Below are positions 49,660 through 62,283 of a stretch of DNA of 64,000 nt, one piece after another. Under the pieces are notes generated by a model, which had not been told where the DNA came from, ran no database searches, and saw nothing but the letters and a program-made list of their open reading frames with translations. The stretch lies in the NCBI GenBank assembly GCA_977017645.1, contig OZ360234.1:94922001-94986000 (forward strand), in the 5' to 3' direction. The translations under genes were made by a program, and so were the position numbers. Source of the stretch: Torpedo marmorata (taxonomy: Eukaryota). Numbering within the stretch: position 1 is the stretch's first letter; each line of letters starts with the position of its first letter.

Positions 49660-50884
49660 AGTAGATAAGGGAGAACCAGTGGATGTGGTATATTTGGATT
49701 TTCAAAAGGCTTTTGATAAGGTCCCACACAGGAGATTAGTGCGCAAACTTAAAGCACACGGTATTGGGGGTATGGTATTGATGTGGATAGAGAATTGGTT
49801 GGTAGACAGGAGGCAGAGAGTGGGAATAAACGGGTCCTTTTCAGAATGGTGGGCAGTTACTAGCGGGGTACCACAAGGCTCGGTGCTGGGACCCCAGTTA
49901 TTTACAATATATATTAATGATTTAGACGAGGGGATTGAATGCAACATCTCCAAGTTTGTGGATGACACGAAGCTGGGCGGCAGTATTAACTGTGAGGAGG
50001 ATGCTAAGAGGATGCAGGGGGACTTGGATAGGTTGGGTGAGTGGGCAAATGCATGGCAGATGCAGTATAATATGTATAAATGTGAGGTTATCCACTTTGG
50101 TGGCAAGAATAGGAAAGCAGATTATTATCTGAATGGTGGCCGATTAGGAAAAGGAGAGGTGCAACGAGACCTGGGTGTCATTGTACACCAGTCTTTGAAA
50201 GTGGGCATGCAGGTACAGCAGGCAGTGAAAAAGGCGAATGGTATGTTGGCATTTATAGCAAGGGGATTCGAGTACAGGAGCAGGGAGGTTCTGCTGCAGT
50301 TGTACAGGGCCTTGGTGAGACCACACCTGGAGTATTGTGTACAGTTTTGGTCTCCTAATCTGAGGAAAGACATTCTTGCCATAGAGGGTGTGCAGAGAAG
50401 ATTCACCAGATTGATTCCTGGGATGGCAGGACTTTCATATGAAGAAAGACTTGGCCGACTAGGCTTATACTCGCTGTAATTTCGAAGATTGAGGGGGGAT
50501 CTTATTGAAACATATAAAATTCTTTCGGGATTGGATAGGCTAGATGCAGGAAGATTGTTCCCGATGTTGGGAAAGTCTAGAACCAGGGGTCACAGTTTAA
50601 GGATAAGGGGAAATCTTTTAGGACTGAGATGAGGAAAAATGTCTTCACACAGAGAGTGGTGAATCTGTGGAATTCTCTGCCACAGGAAACAGTAGAGGCC
50701 AGTTCATTGGCTATATTGAAGAGGGAGTTAGATGTGGTCCTTGTTGCTAAGGGGATCAGGGGGTATGGTGAGAGAGCAGGTACAGGGTATTGAGTTGGAT
50801 GATCAGCCATGATCATACTGAATGGTGGTGCTGGCTCAAAGGGCCGAATGGCCAACTCCTGCACCTATTTTCTATGTTTCTATG
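49660..50884 (+). mobile_element. 5'-truncated CR1 LINE
   Basis: [36 protein letters not shown]; tail TTCTATGTTTCTATG. Confidence 0.93.
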
Positions 50885-51115
50885 AGACGAGGTTGTGTCC
50901 AGGGTGATGGGGGACCTTTATAATGTTGGCTGCCTTCTTGAGGTAGCCTGTCACGTGGATGTCTTTCATGGATGGGAGGTCAGTGCCTGTGATGGACTCG
51001 GTTATGTTTGCTAATTTCTGCAGCCTTCTGTGTTCCTTTGTCACTTGAATTACCAAACCAGTCTGTGAAGCAACCAGTCAGTTTACTTTCCACAGTGCAC
51101 CTGTAGAAGTTTGCC
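50885..51115 (-). mobile_element. Old Rex1/Babar-like fragment
   Basis: NFYRCTVES-like coding remnant on the minus strand. Confidence 0.55.
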
Positions 51116-54100
51116 AAAGACGAAGGAGACGATTGTGGACTTCAGGAGGACCATGGACGACCACCCTCCACTGCACATTAATAGCTCAGTAATGGAGAGA
51201 GTGGAGAGCACCAAGTTCCTCAGAGTCCAGTTCAGAAGTGACCTATCCTGGACACACAACATCTCCTCTCTTGTCAGGAAGGCGAAAAAGCAACTACATT
51301 TCCTGAGAAGACTGAGGCGGGCAAGGCTACCAACCACGATCCTGTCAACTTTCTACAGGAGCTCTATTGAGAGCGTCCTGGCCGGCTGCATCATAGTGTG
51401 GAGCATTAGATCGGAGGTCAATCCACAGGACCATAAGAGTGGCAGAGAGAAAAAGCTGGTAGAATTGATCTAAAGAGATTTGATAAAATTTAGTTACGAT
51501 GGATAGTAAGAAAATAAATGTAGTAAATATTAACATAAATGGGCTTAACAATCCGATTAAAAGAAAGAGAACTTTAGCATATATTAAAAAGTTGAATGTA
51601 GATATAGCTTTTTTACAGGAGACGCACTTGATAGATTCGGAACATCATAAGTTAAAAAGAGAATGGGTTGGTCAAGTGGTGGCTTCTTCATTTAATTCTA
51701 AAGCAAGAGGGGTAGCTATATTAATTAATAAAAAGTTACCTTTTAAGATACAATTGGTAGTTATAGATGTGGCAGGTAGATATGTTTTGATACATTGTCA
51801 GATTTATTCAGAATTCTGGACACTTATGAAATTGCATGTGCCAAATGCAGATGACAAACAGTTTATTCAAGATTCTTTTTTACATTTGTCAGAAGCTATT
51901 GAGAATATTTTAATTGGGGGAGATTTCAACTGTTCCCTAGATCCAATAATGGATAAAACTTCAAGATCACTTGCTAAAACTAAAATTGCTAAAAGAGTTC
52001 TTAGTTTGATGAAAGATTTAAATTTAATAGATATTTGGAGGAAATTGAATCCTAGAGAAAAAGATTATTCTTTTTATTCTTTCAGACATGATTCATATTC
52101 TAGGATAGATTTATTTTTATTGTCTTCACAGGTTCAAGATAGAATAACGCAAGCATCTTATAAAGCGAGAATAATTTCTGATCATTCACCTTTATTAATA
52201 TCTTGTATAATTCCGGAAAAAGAAAAAACTGTATATAGCTAGAGATTCAATTCTTTTTTATTAAAAAGAAAAGATTTTTGTGATTATATGAGAAGGGAAA
52301 TTCAGGAATTTTTACAAATAAATTCTAATTCTACTGATAATAAATTTATTATTTGGGAAGCTTTAAAAGCTTATTTAAGAGGTCAAATAATAAGTTATTC
52401 AGCAAAAATTAAGAAAGATTATCTTAGGGAAGTAGAAAATTTAGATAAGGAGATTGAGTGTTTGGTAAAAGATTTACAAAAAAACAGATCAATTCAAAAA
52501 AGGAACCATTTAATTGGGAAGAAATTACATTACAATTTATTACAAACATATAAAATGGAAAAATTAATTGAAAGAACTAAACAAAGATACTATGAGTTAG
52601 GGGAAAGAGCTCATAAAGTTTTGGCATGGCAATTAAAAAAAGATCAACCTTCTAGAACTATAAATGCTATAAGGAAAAAGAACTCTAGAGAAATAACTTA
52701 TAAACCTCGAGAAATAAATGATTATTTTAAAGATTATTATTTGAATTTATATAAATCTCAGATTGATCAAGACGACTCTAAAATTACTAGATTTTTATCT
52801 AAAATTATATTACCTAAATTGAATACTCAAAGTAGAGAATCTTTAGATTTACCTTTCTCAATGAGGGAAGTTAATGAAGTTCTTACTTCTCTAAAGAGTG
52901 GTAAATCTCCAGGTGAAGATGGATTTCCATCAGAATTTTACAAAGAGTTTAAAGATTTATTAATACCTCCATATATGGATGTATTGAATCAAATTACGGA
53001 AACTCACTCATTACCAGATACTTTCTTAAATGCAATAATTACAGTTATACCAAAGAAAGATAGAGATGTATTGAAAACTGAATCTTATAGACCTATCTCA
53101 TTATTAAATGTAGATTATAAGAGAATGGCAAAAATTTTAGCAAATAGAATGGCTAATTATTTACCAGATTTAATTCATGTAGATCAAGCTGGTTTTATTA
53201 AAAATAGATATTCAAAAGATAATATAGCTAGATTGATTAGTTTAATTAATTTACATAAAAAGAAGGAAGATTTACCATTAGTTTTAACTTTAGACGCCGA
53301 AAAGGCTTTTGATAGATTAGAGTGGAATTTTTTATTTAAGGTATTAGAGAAATTTGGTTTTGGAAATACATTTATTAATTGGATTAAAACTATATATAAA
53401 GAACCATCTGCTAAAGTAGTTACAAATGGACAAATTTCTTCAAAATTTCCTTTGACTCGATCTACTAGACAAGGATGTCCTTTGTCACCAGCATTATTAA
53501 TTTTGGTGATAGAACCTTTGGCAGAATTAGTTAGAAAAGATCCTAAAATAATTAGTATTAAAGTTGGAATGGAAGAACATAAAATTAGTTTATTCGCAGA
53601 TGATGTATTGATATATATGACAAAAATCTATTACATCCTTAGTACAACTGTCTGTGTTATTGAGAGAATATGGGGAAATATCTGGATATAAAATTAATTC
53701 TGATAAAAGTGAAATTATGGCATGATCACAAGGGGATTATAGTAGATGTAAAGAAATTACACAATTTAAATGGGCAAAGGAAGGAATTAAATATTTGGGA
53801 ATAACGGTTGACACAAAATTGGCTAATTTATACAAATTAAATTATTTACCATTATTTGTGAAAATAAAGAAAGATTTAGAAAATTGGAAAGATTTACCTA
53901 TAACTTTAATGGGAAGAGTAAATTGTATTAAAATGAATGTTTTTCCAAGAATTCAATATCTTTTTGAATCAATTCCTTATGAAATTCCTCAAAAATTTTT
54001 TAAAGATTTAAATTTAATTATTAGAAAATTCTTATGGAAAGGAAAGTTAGCAAGAGTAGGTATGGAAAAGCTAACTTGGAATTATGAAATGGGTGGTTTA

Positions 54101-55992
54101 CAACTTCCTAATTTCCAAAATTATTATAAAGCAGCTCAATTAAAATTTGTTAATGAATTTTTTGATTCAACTAAATCTTCTGCTTGGATTAAAATAGAAT
54201 TAAATAATATAGGAGAAGATTCCAAAGAAGAAGCTATTTATAAATGGGATTCTAAATTAATATCAACAAGAAAGAAAAATTCTCCTATTCTTAAACATTT
54301 GTTAGGAATATGGAATAAGATGGATAAGGAAATAGGAGGAAAAGGATTGATTTCTTCAAGGATGCCTTTATATCAAAATGGACTTATACCATTTACTATT
54401 AATAATCAATTATTTAAAATTTGGTTTCAAAAAGGAATTAAGAAAATTAATGATTGTTTTGAAGCTGGGAAATTTATTACTTTTCAAAGAATGAAAGATA
54501 AATTTAATATATTAGATAATACACTTTTAGCTTATTATCAAATTAGAGCTTTTCTGATTGAGAAATTAGGTTATGCTTTGATTTTACCAAGACAGAATGA
54601 ATTAGAATTATTAGTTACTAAAGGAGATGTCAATAAATTTATTTCTTAAATGTATAAATTGTTTCAGAGGAAAGTGCCTAAGGTAGGAATTCATAAATCA
54701 AGATTAAAATGGGAATTAGATTTGAATGTAAGAATAGATGAAAATCATTGGAAAGAATTATGTAAATTAAGTATGATGAAGATTATTAATGTTAGATATA
54801 GATTAGTACAATACAATTTTTTTCATAAATTATATTTAACATCTAAAAAACTAAAGAAATTTAATCCGACATTATCAGGTTTATGTTTTAGATGTAATAA
54901 AGAGGAAGGTTCTTTTGTACATTCTACATGGTTTTGTCCAAAAGTTTATGATTTTTGGTTGAAAGTTAAAAAAATTTTAGATAAAGTATTTAAGATTACA
55001 TTTCCAATGGATCCTATGATATTTTTGTTTGGAGATATTAGAAAATTTAGTATTAAGATGAAATTAAATATGTATCAAATAGAATTTTTGCGAATTGTTT
55101 TAGCTGTTTCAAAGAAATGTATTGCTATTACTTGGAAATCTGATTGAGATTTAGGATTAGAAAGATGGCATGCAGAACTTCGTTCGTGTATACCACTTGA
55201 AAAAATTACTTATAATTTATGTAACAAATATCATTTTTTCTTAAAAATTTGGAGCCCATATATGAAAGTTGTTGGTTTAAGGATTTGAAGATCTCTGGAT
55301 ATCGGATCTACTGGCATACTTGACCTCTATAATAGAATTAGTTTATAGATTGGCATTCTCCTTACTCTATCTTTTTCTTTCTTTTTTCTTCTTCTTTTTC
55401 TATTTTTATTTTATATTTTTATTTTTATTAGGTTAGTGGGGTTGGGAGGGTTGGGGAGGGGAGGGGCGGAGGGGGGTGTGAAAATGTATCACAAATACTT
55501 TGATAATTTTATATTTTATTTTATGTATTTTGTGATTTAAAAATTTTAAATAAAATATTTAAAAAAAAAGAGTGGCAGAGAGGATCACTAGAGTCTCCCT
55601 TCGCCACATCGACGTGATCTACCAAACTCGTTGTTTGAAGAGGGCGCGCAAAATTTTTGAGGACCCCATCACCCTGCACACAGCATCTTTCAGCTACTCC
55701 TGTTGGAAAAGAGAAACAGGAGTATCAGAGCCAGAAACACCAGCCTGAGACACAGCTTCTTCCCACGGGCAGTGAGACCGCTGAAATCCAGAATGTACTG
55801 CTCATACAAACCCTCCTAATCTCTACTATTTATTAAACAAAATTTATTTATTTTAATATCCAGTATGTATATATGTCCTGCATATGTATTGTTTGTCTGT
55901 ATGTGTGTTGTGTCTGGATGTGTGTCTGCATGTTTTGCACCGAGGACCGGAGTACGCTGTTCTATTGGGTTATACTTGAACAATCGGATGAT
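51113..55992 (+). mobile_element. Rex1/Babar-like LINE fragment split by an L1
   Basis: KTKETIVDFRR...FYRSSIESVLAGCIIVW (51113-51449) resumes at 55583 with HPAHSIFQLL and a 3' UTR. Confidence 0.8.
51450..55567 (+). mobile_element. L1 truncated just upstream of ORF2; complete but disabled ORF2 (51499-55288), 3' UTR, poly(A)
   Basis: All EN/RT/CCHC motifs present with a few stops and a frameshift; 15-bp TSD AAGAGTGGCAGAGAG at 51435-51449 and 55568-55582. Confidence 0.94.
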
Positions 55993-56002
55993 GACCTCTG
56001 AA

Positions 56003-56848
56003 AAAAATGGCAGCGCTGCCGGAGCTGCTGTCACGGCAGTACTCCCGTTGGTGTGGACCCATGGAGAGTGGAGTCACAGCACTCCCGCGGGGTCCAACCG
56101 CCCAGTCCGACGTCCAACAGCTCCATACAGTCTTTAAACGGCCTGTTGAAGGAGCCGACGGGGGTTTTATTTAGAAATACTGCAACCACGGGGTTGCACC
56201 CAAGATGGTGAGGCCTGTGATTGGTAGCAGCCACGAGGGATTACAGACTCCGGGGAAGCAGAGGACTGGCATGGGGCACCAGAAAATCAGGAGACCAGCC
56301 CCCGTTTGAGATGGAGAAGCAGAGGAGGCAACCCATGGGACGGTGACCATGGCAGCGGACCAGCAAGGGGTTCTGCAGCCGAAGAACACACATGCTGTTA
56401 GCGACTCAAGGCTAGGAACCCATGCAGGCTGTGGGCCGCTGATGACTTCAGACGAGGGATTCACACCGGGCTGCGGACTGCTGGAGACTGGCTCAAGACT
56501 GGCTGAAGGGGTACCAAGTTTCGGAACTGGGATGCGAGAGGGTGCCGAGGGCGCTGAAGGATTCCTGATCATGTCGGTTCGGATCTGGAGCTCGGGCTGC
56601 TGATGGTTTGGACTGAACTCGGTGTGGCTGCGGGGGCTGCGGCAGTGCTAGAGGTGAATCCATAGACACTCGGTGACGCTGAGGGGACTCTCTTTTGCTT
56701 CTCTTTCTCTGACTGTAAGAGGCGCTTCAGGCAATTTCTGCCGATGGCGAATCTGTCTGCCTTACGGCAGATGAAACAAATTTTGTGTGATATTGCACTG
56801 TCTTTATAACATGACAGTAAATTAAATCTTGAATCTTGATCTTGAAAT
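56003..56848 (+). mobile_element. Non-autonomous GC-rich retroposon with Rex-type tail
   Basis: Head AAAATGGCAGCGCTGCCGGAGCTGCTGT; tail ATGACAGTAAATTAAATCTTGAATCTTGATCTTG; first ~210 bp homologous to 11415-11630. Confidence 0.7.
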
Positions 56849-57624
56849 TTAACCTTAATAAACTTGAATGAAATCACTGTGGTTGCAATATCCTATTCCA
56901 AATCTCATTGATTTGCATGAGACCGGCATGCTCCATTACACAAGGTGAGGAACAAAGGAAATGGTTGCAGCTTGAGCGAAAGCAGAGAACGGAATATGTT
57001 GAAGGATGCAATTTCAACTGGAAGTCCCCTGGAGAGGAGCTCAAACCATTGGAGCCACTTGCCAACGTAGTACTCTTGTGCATAGAGCAGTTGATGCAGA
57101 AAGACTTAGAGGGACAGCAGTGAATAGAACCAGAGATGATTCTTAAGATTAGGTAAGACTCAAGCCCAACCGTAGCATCAGCAAGATAAGTAAAGCTGAA
57201 TACGGTGCTCTTATTGTGATGGTAGCTAACCCCACAGTTTAATATCCTGCTTGTTGGAAACACTAAGTCATGCGGAGAAAGCAGCCAATTCAACAGACCG
57301 AGTATATTAAAATTCAGTGAGTTTTGTGAGTGTTGAAGCTGCCGCAGAGGTCAGTACAACTCTCATGATTCTAAGTGTGCATTTGTTATTCACTGCAGAA
57401 CATTGAGGCATTGGAGGTGGTGAGAATCTGATGCTTCAACCTCTTGATTCAAGCGTGTCTGCTCATATAATGTGCAACAAATCTTCGTAACTGTCTCATA
57501 TGGGGCTTAGGTGGTTAGAAAGAGTTCCTTCTGGCTGGGTTGACTGGAACCAGGGATACCATTGAACACTACAGTAGAGCAACAGGCCCCTTGGCCCATC
57601 TAGTCCATGTCGAACTATTATTCT

Positions 57625-58310
57625 AATAAAAACACCGAAATGCTGGAAGAAGTCAGCTGGTCTATTCAAGCATCTATAGGAGACAAAGATATATTGCCGA
57701 CGTTTCGGGCCTGAGCCCTTCTTCAACGAAAATTCAGAAAAGGCAGAAGCAGGATATATCAAAAAGTCTCAGAATTCAAACAATGGGGGAGGAATCCAGA
57801 CCAACAAAAGGTGTTAATTGGGTGTGATAAGGGACTAGGTAGAATTTATCATGTCTGTGCGAAAGGAGACTAGGAATGGAGAGACGACGTGGGAAGCAAG
57901 GGGGTGGGGCGGGTTTAACGAAAGCCAGAGAAGTCGATATTAATGCCATCCAGTTGGAGGGTGCCCAGTCGGAAGATGAGGTGTTGTTCCTCCAAGTTAC
58001 GGGTGGTCTCAGTCTGGCAGTACATGAGACCATGGACAGACATGTCGGCAAGGGAATGGGATGGAGAATTGAAATGGGTGGCCACTGGGAGTTCCACGCT
58101 ATTGTGGTGGACAGAGCCGAGGTGCTCAACAAAGCGATCTCCCAGTCTGCGTCCAGTCTCTCCGATGTGGAGGAGACCACAACGGGAGCACCGGATGTAG
58201 TAGATGACCCCTGTAGATTCACAAGTGAAATGTTGCTTCAATTGGAAGGACTGTTTGGGCCCCGAATGGATTTTACTACAATCACAGCATCTGCAGCCTA
58301 TCGTGTTTCA
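57625..58310 (-). mobile_element. Penelope-like insertion (GIY-YIG + pLTR with hammerhead-like core + short inverted end) inside a CR1 tail
   Basis: HFTCESTGVIYYIRCSRCGLLHIGETGRRLGDRF...LEEQHLIFRLGTLQLDGINIDF; 12-bp TSD AACTATTATTCT at 57613-57624 and 58311-58322. Confidence 0.9.
57699..57726 (-). ncRNA. Minimal hammerhead-ribozyme-like motif (best-preserved copy)
   Basis: Minus strand TTGAAGA-A-GGGC-TCAG-GCCC-GAAA-CGTC: (C/U)UGANGA box, 4-bp stem II, GAAA, GUC triplet. Confidence 0.6.
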
Positions 58311-58579
58311 AACTATTATTCTGCCTAGTCACATTGACCTGCATCCTCCATAACCCTCCATACCACCCCCCACCCCCCACACATCCATGTACCTGTCCGA
58401 ATTTTCCTTAAATGTCAAAATTGAGCCCGCATTCACAAAGAAAATGGGGACAGAAGTAGGCTACCCTCCTTCAAATGTGCCCCCCACCCCAATCATGGCT
58501 GATCAATGCTGGCCTCAACTGTGCCAGTTCTCATTAACCATTTATTCCTCGATCTTCCAAATATTTATCCACATTTTCT

Positions 58580-58765
58580 TGTTGTGTTATTATGTGTAAA
58601 TAAGAACTAAATTTCCCAGCATGCAATGCGCGTGGTTGGGTGGAAACCGGAAGTGACATTTGAGGGGAGTCGGTAGGAAGTCGGTTGAAGCAGCTCAAGG
58701 AAAGAAAGGTCGGTTAAGTGTTAAACCCACATAAAGTCATTCTTCTTGAAAGAACAAGCATAACA
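58580..58765 (+). mobile_element. 5' LTR of a second Gypsy family
   Basis: TGTTGTG...CATAACA termini, directly followed by a PBS and gag. Confidence 0.8.
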
Positions 58766-58779
58766 TGGTGTCAGAAGTG
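58766..58779 (+). promoter_or_regulatory. Primer-binding site, tRNA-Leu type
   Basis: TGGTGTCAGAAGTG immediately after the LTR. Confidence 0.8.
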
Positions 58780-58814
58780 TCTGAGTGAGTAAGAGAAGAC
58801 AATAGTTCGTAAGC

Positions 58815-61800
58815 ATGGATAAGTTAAGTCCTCCCACACCAATGCAGTTTACCAGCAATCTAGCCGATAATTGGATACGCTTCAAACAACGATTCAACAT
58901 TTATTTAGAAGCTGGTGGAATGGGAGAGACCGATGGAAAACAGAAAGCGTCTATGTTTCTGCATGTGATGGGTGAAGATGGCTTGGATATCTATAACAGT
59001 TTTCAAATTGATGAGACAACTTTCACGTTGGACACGCTGATGACAAAATTTGAGGAGTATTTTGTTCCAAGTAAAAACGTCACATTTGAGAGATTCAAGT
59101 TTTTCTCCTGTGACCAGAAACAAGGTATGAACTTTGACCAATACTTAGCCGAGCTTCACACACTGAGTAAGTCCTGTGAATTTGGAGATTTGAAAAATTC
59201 ACTCATTAAAGACAGAATAATTTGCAGAATGCCAGATAATGGACTTAGAGAAAGACTGTTGCGTGAAAAAGATTTGACTCTGGAAAAGGCTGTGAATGTG
59301 TATAGGGAAATAGATACTACACGAGCACAAGCTAAGGAACTGCACAAGATAGACTCAACAGTTATGGAGCTGCACAGGATAGACACAACAGTGCATGTGA
59401 TGAAAACAGATAAGCAGAGCACCAGGAGTTTCCCAAAGCAACAACACAGCAAAGTGGTAGATTCTGGCTTTATCTCAAGGTGATTATACTAGATGTAGAG
59501 AGGTTACGGAGTTTAAATGGGCTAAAGAAAGTATTAAATATTTGGGAGTTAAAGTGGATACAAAATTGGAAAATTTGTATAAATTAAATTATATACCTTT
59601 ATTCATGAAAATAAAAAAAGATTTAGAACTTTGGAAAGATCTACCTATAACTTTGATGGGAAGAGTAAATTGTATCAAAATGAATGTTTTTCCAAGAATT
59701 CAATATCTTTTTCAATCGATTCCTTTTGGAATCCCAAATAAATTTTTAAAGGATTTAAAATTTGTTATTAGGAAATTTTTATGGAAAGGAAAGTTGGCAA
59801 GAGTAAGTATAGATAAATTAACATGGAATTATGAGATGGGAGGATTGCAACTTCCTAATTTTCAGTATTACTATAAAGCAGCTCAATTAAAATTTATTAA
59901 TGAATTTTTTGATTCAACTAAATCTTCTGCTTGGATTAATATAGAATTGAATAATATAGGAGAAATACATAAAGAAGAGATTATTTATAAGTGGAACTCT
60001 AAATTATTATTAGCTAAAAAGAAAAATTCACCAATTATTAAACATTTGTTGGAAATTTGGTCACAAGTAGATAAAGAAATAGGTCGGAAAGGATCAATTT
60101 CTTTAAATACACCAATATACCAAAATTTGCTTATACCATTCTCTATTGATAATCAGTTACTTAAATTATGGTTTCAAAAGGGAATTAAGACCTTGAAAGA
60201 TTGTTTTGAAGCTGGTAGATTTGTTACTTTTCAAAGGTTAAAAGAAAAATTTAATATACTAGATAATACAATGTTAGTTTATTTTCAAGTTAAAGCCTTT
60301 TTGACTGAGATATTAGGGAATGAATTAGTAGCACCAAGACAAAATGAATTGGAATTGTTAATTACTAAAGTTAATATTAATAAGTTTATATCACAAGTGT
60401 ATAAATTATTTCAGAGAAAGATGTCTAAAGTAGGGTTACATAAATCTAGATTAAAATGGGAACTAGACTTAAATGTTAATATATATGAAAATCATTGGAG
60501 AGACTTATGTAAATTAAGTATGACTAAAGTTTTGAATGTTAGATATAGACTAGTACAATATAATTTCTTTCATCAATTATATTTAACACCTAAAAAATTG
60601 AAGAAATTTAATCCAGCATTATCAGATATGTGTTTTAGATGTAAGAGTGAAATAGGCTCTTTTGTTCACTGTACATGGTTATGTTCAAAAATTCAAGACT
60701 TTTGGTTGAAAGTTAAGAATTTTTTAGAGAGAATTTTTAATGTTGTGTTTACGATGGATCCTATGTTATTTTTATTTGGAGATATTAGAAAATTTAGTAT
60801 TAGAAATAGATTAAATATGTATCAGGTAGAATTTCTACGTATAGTATTAGCAGTTTCGAAAAAGTGTATAGCTATTACTTGGAAGTCAGATGTAGATTTA
60901 AATTTAGAAAGATGGCATGCAGAATTACGTTCATGTATACCACTAGAAAAAATTACCTATAATTTGCGTAATAAATATCATTTTTTCTTGAAAATTTGGG
61001 GCCCATATATGAGAATTATGGGTTTAACAATTTAAATTCTCTGGATATCGAATCCACTGGCAAAAATAACCTCTATGGTAGAATTAGTTTGAAGCTTGTT
61101 TTCTCCTCACTCTATTTCTCTATCTTTCTTTTTTCTTTTTCTCTTTTACTATATTTTTTTTTAGAGTAGTGGGGATGTAGGGGTTAGGGAGGGGAGGGTG
61201 GGAAGGGGGGGGAGAAAATGTATATCACATGTATTTTCAAATATATGTATTTTATTCTATGTATTTTGTGATTTAAAAATTTAAATAAAATAAAAAAACC
61301 AAAAAAAAAAAACCAAAGCAAAGTGGTAAGCTCAAACAGCAAATGCAGCAGATGCGGAGGTAGACATATTCCAAAGATGTGTCCTGCCTATGGAAAGTCC
61401 TGCAATAAGTGTGGGAAGAAGAATCATTTTGCAAAGTGCTGCAAAGCAGGGTATACCAAGAGAAATGTACACACAGTGGACGAAGAAATGGAGGAATTCT
61501 TCGTGGATTCACTACAGACTGCTGCTGCTGGTAAAACGGAATGGATTGTTCCAGTGACTGTGAATGAGACAGTAACTCCATTTAAGCTCGACACTGGAGC
61601 CCAGGTGAATCTGTTATCTATGGATGATTACAAGACTCTCACTGTAAAGAGCAAGATTTATCCTGTGAAATTAAAAGTGACAGGCTACACTGGAGAGAAT
61701 GTTCCAGTAAAAGGGGGCTGTATGGTGACCTTCAAACACAAAAGGACGGCATCTAAAGTCATAGCTACTGATTGTAGAAAGGAGAGTGCAGCCAATATTA

Positions 61801-61884
61801 GGTCTGAGTGTATGTGAAGAGCTCGACCTGGTGAAAAGAGTTTTCATAATGGCTTCACAGACCGAAGATAAGCACACAACACTC
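58815..61884 (+). pseudogene. Gypsy gag-protease, split by an L1 and truncated before RT
   Basis: NLADNWIRFKQRF, NVTFERFKF, LIKDRII; after the L1 [49 protein letters not shown]. Confidence 0.9.
59460..61316 (+). mobile_element. 5'-truncated L1 inserted in Gypsy gag
   Basis: Uninterrupted 497-aa ORF2 C-terminus, G-rich 3' UTR, poly(A); TSD AGCAAAGTGGTA at 59448-59459 and 61317-61328. Confidence 0.94.
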
Positions 61885-62283
61885 ATGGAAGAAAGGATAA
61901 CTACACTGGAGAAGCGATACCTTAATGTACAGAGAGAATCAACCTCATTACATGTCATCATGAATGACAAGCTGGAAAATGAGTTGGCAAATAAGGATGC
62001 CTTCTTACACCAGCTAGAAGACAAAAATAGACAGTTACAGGAACGTCTGGAACTGGCTGAACAGAAAGTGCAGCAAACAATGAGGCGAGCAGAAACGTTA
62101 CCAGAAGTAGAAGCTGAACTTTCCCAGCGAATTGCAGCTCTGACAAAGGCTGAAGAGTGGCATGGCAGCATAGAAGAACGTTTGAGACATTTATAGACTC
62201 AGCTTGACTCTAATGAGCAACTTCAGCTGCATCTAAAAGAAAGAATGGCTGTATTAGAGGATAAGAATATATCGATACAAGAA
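61885..62283 (+). pseudogene. PPFIA2: Processed liprin-alpha (PPFIA2-like) mRNA fragment, coiled-coil region
   Basis: [13 protein letters not shown]...[11 protein letters not shown]...[81 protein letters not shown]; no introns, one stop, internal deletion; paralog assignment less certain than family. Confidence 0.88.

Noticed and set aside
56880-57160. Exon-like segment ending AG|GTAAGA
   Set aside because: Stops in all three frames and no recognisable protein
61885-62283. Functional PPFIA exon
   Set aside because: No splice sites, multi-exon span, stop codon and deletion, embedded in retrotransposon sequence
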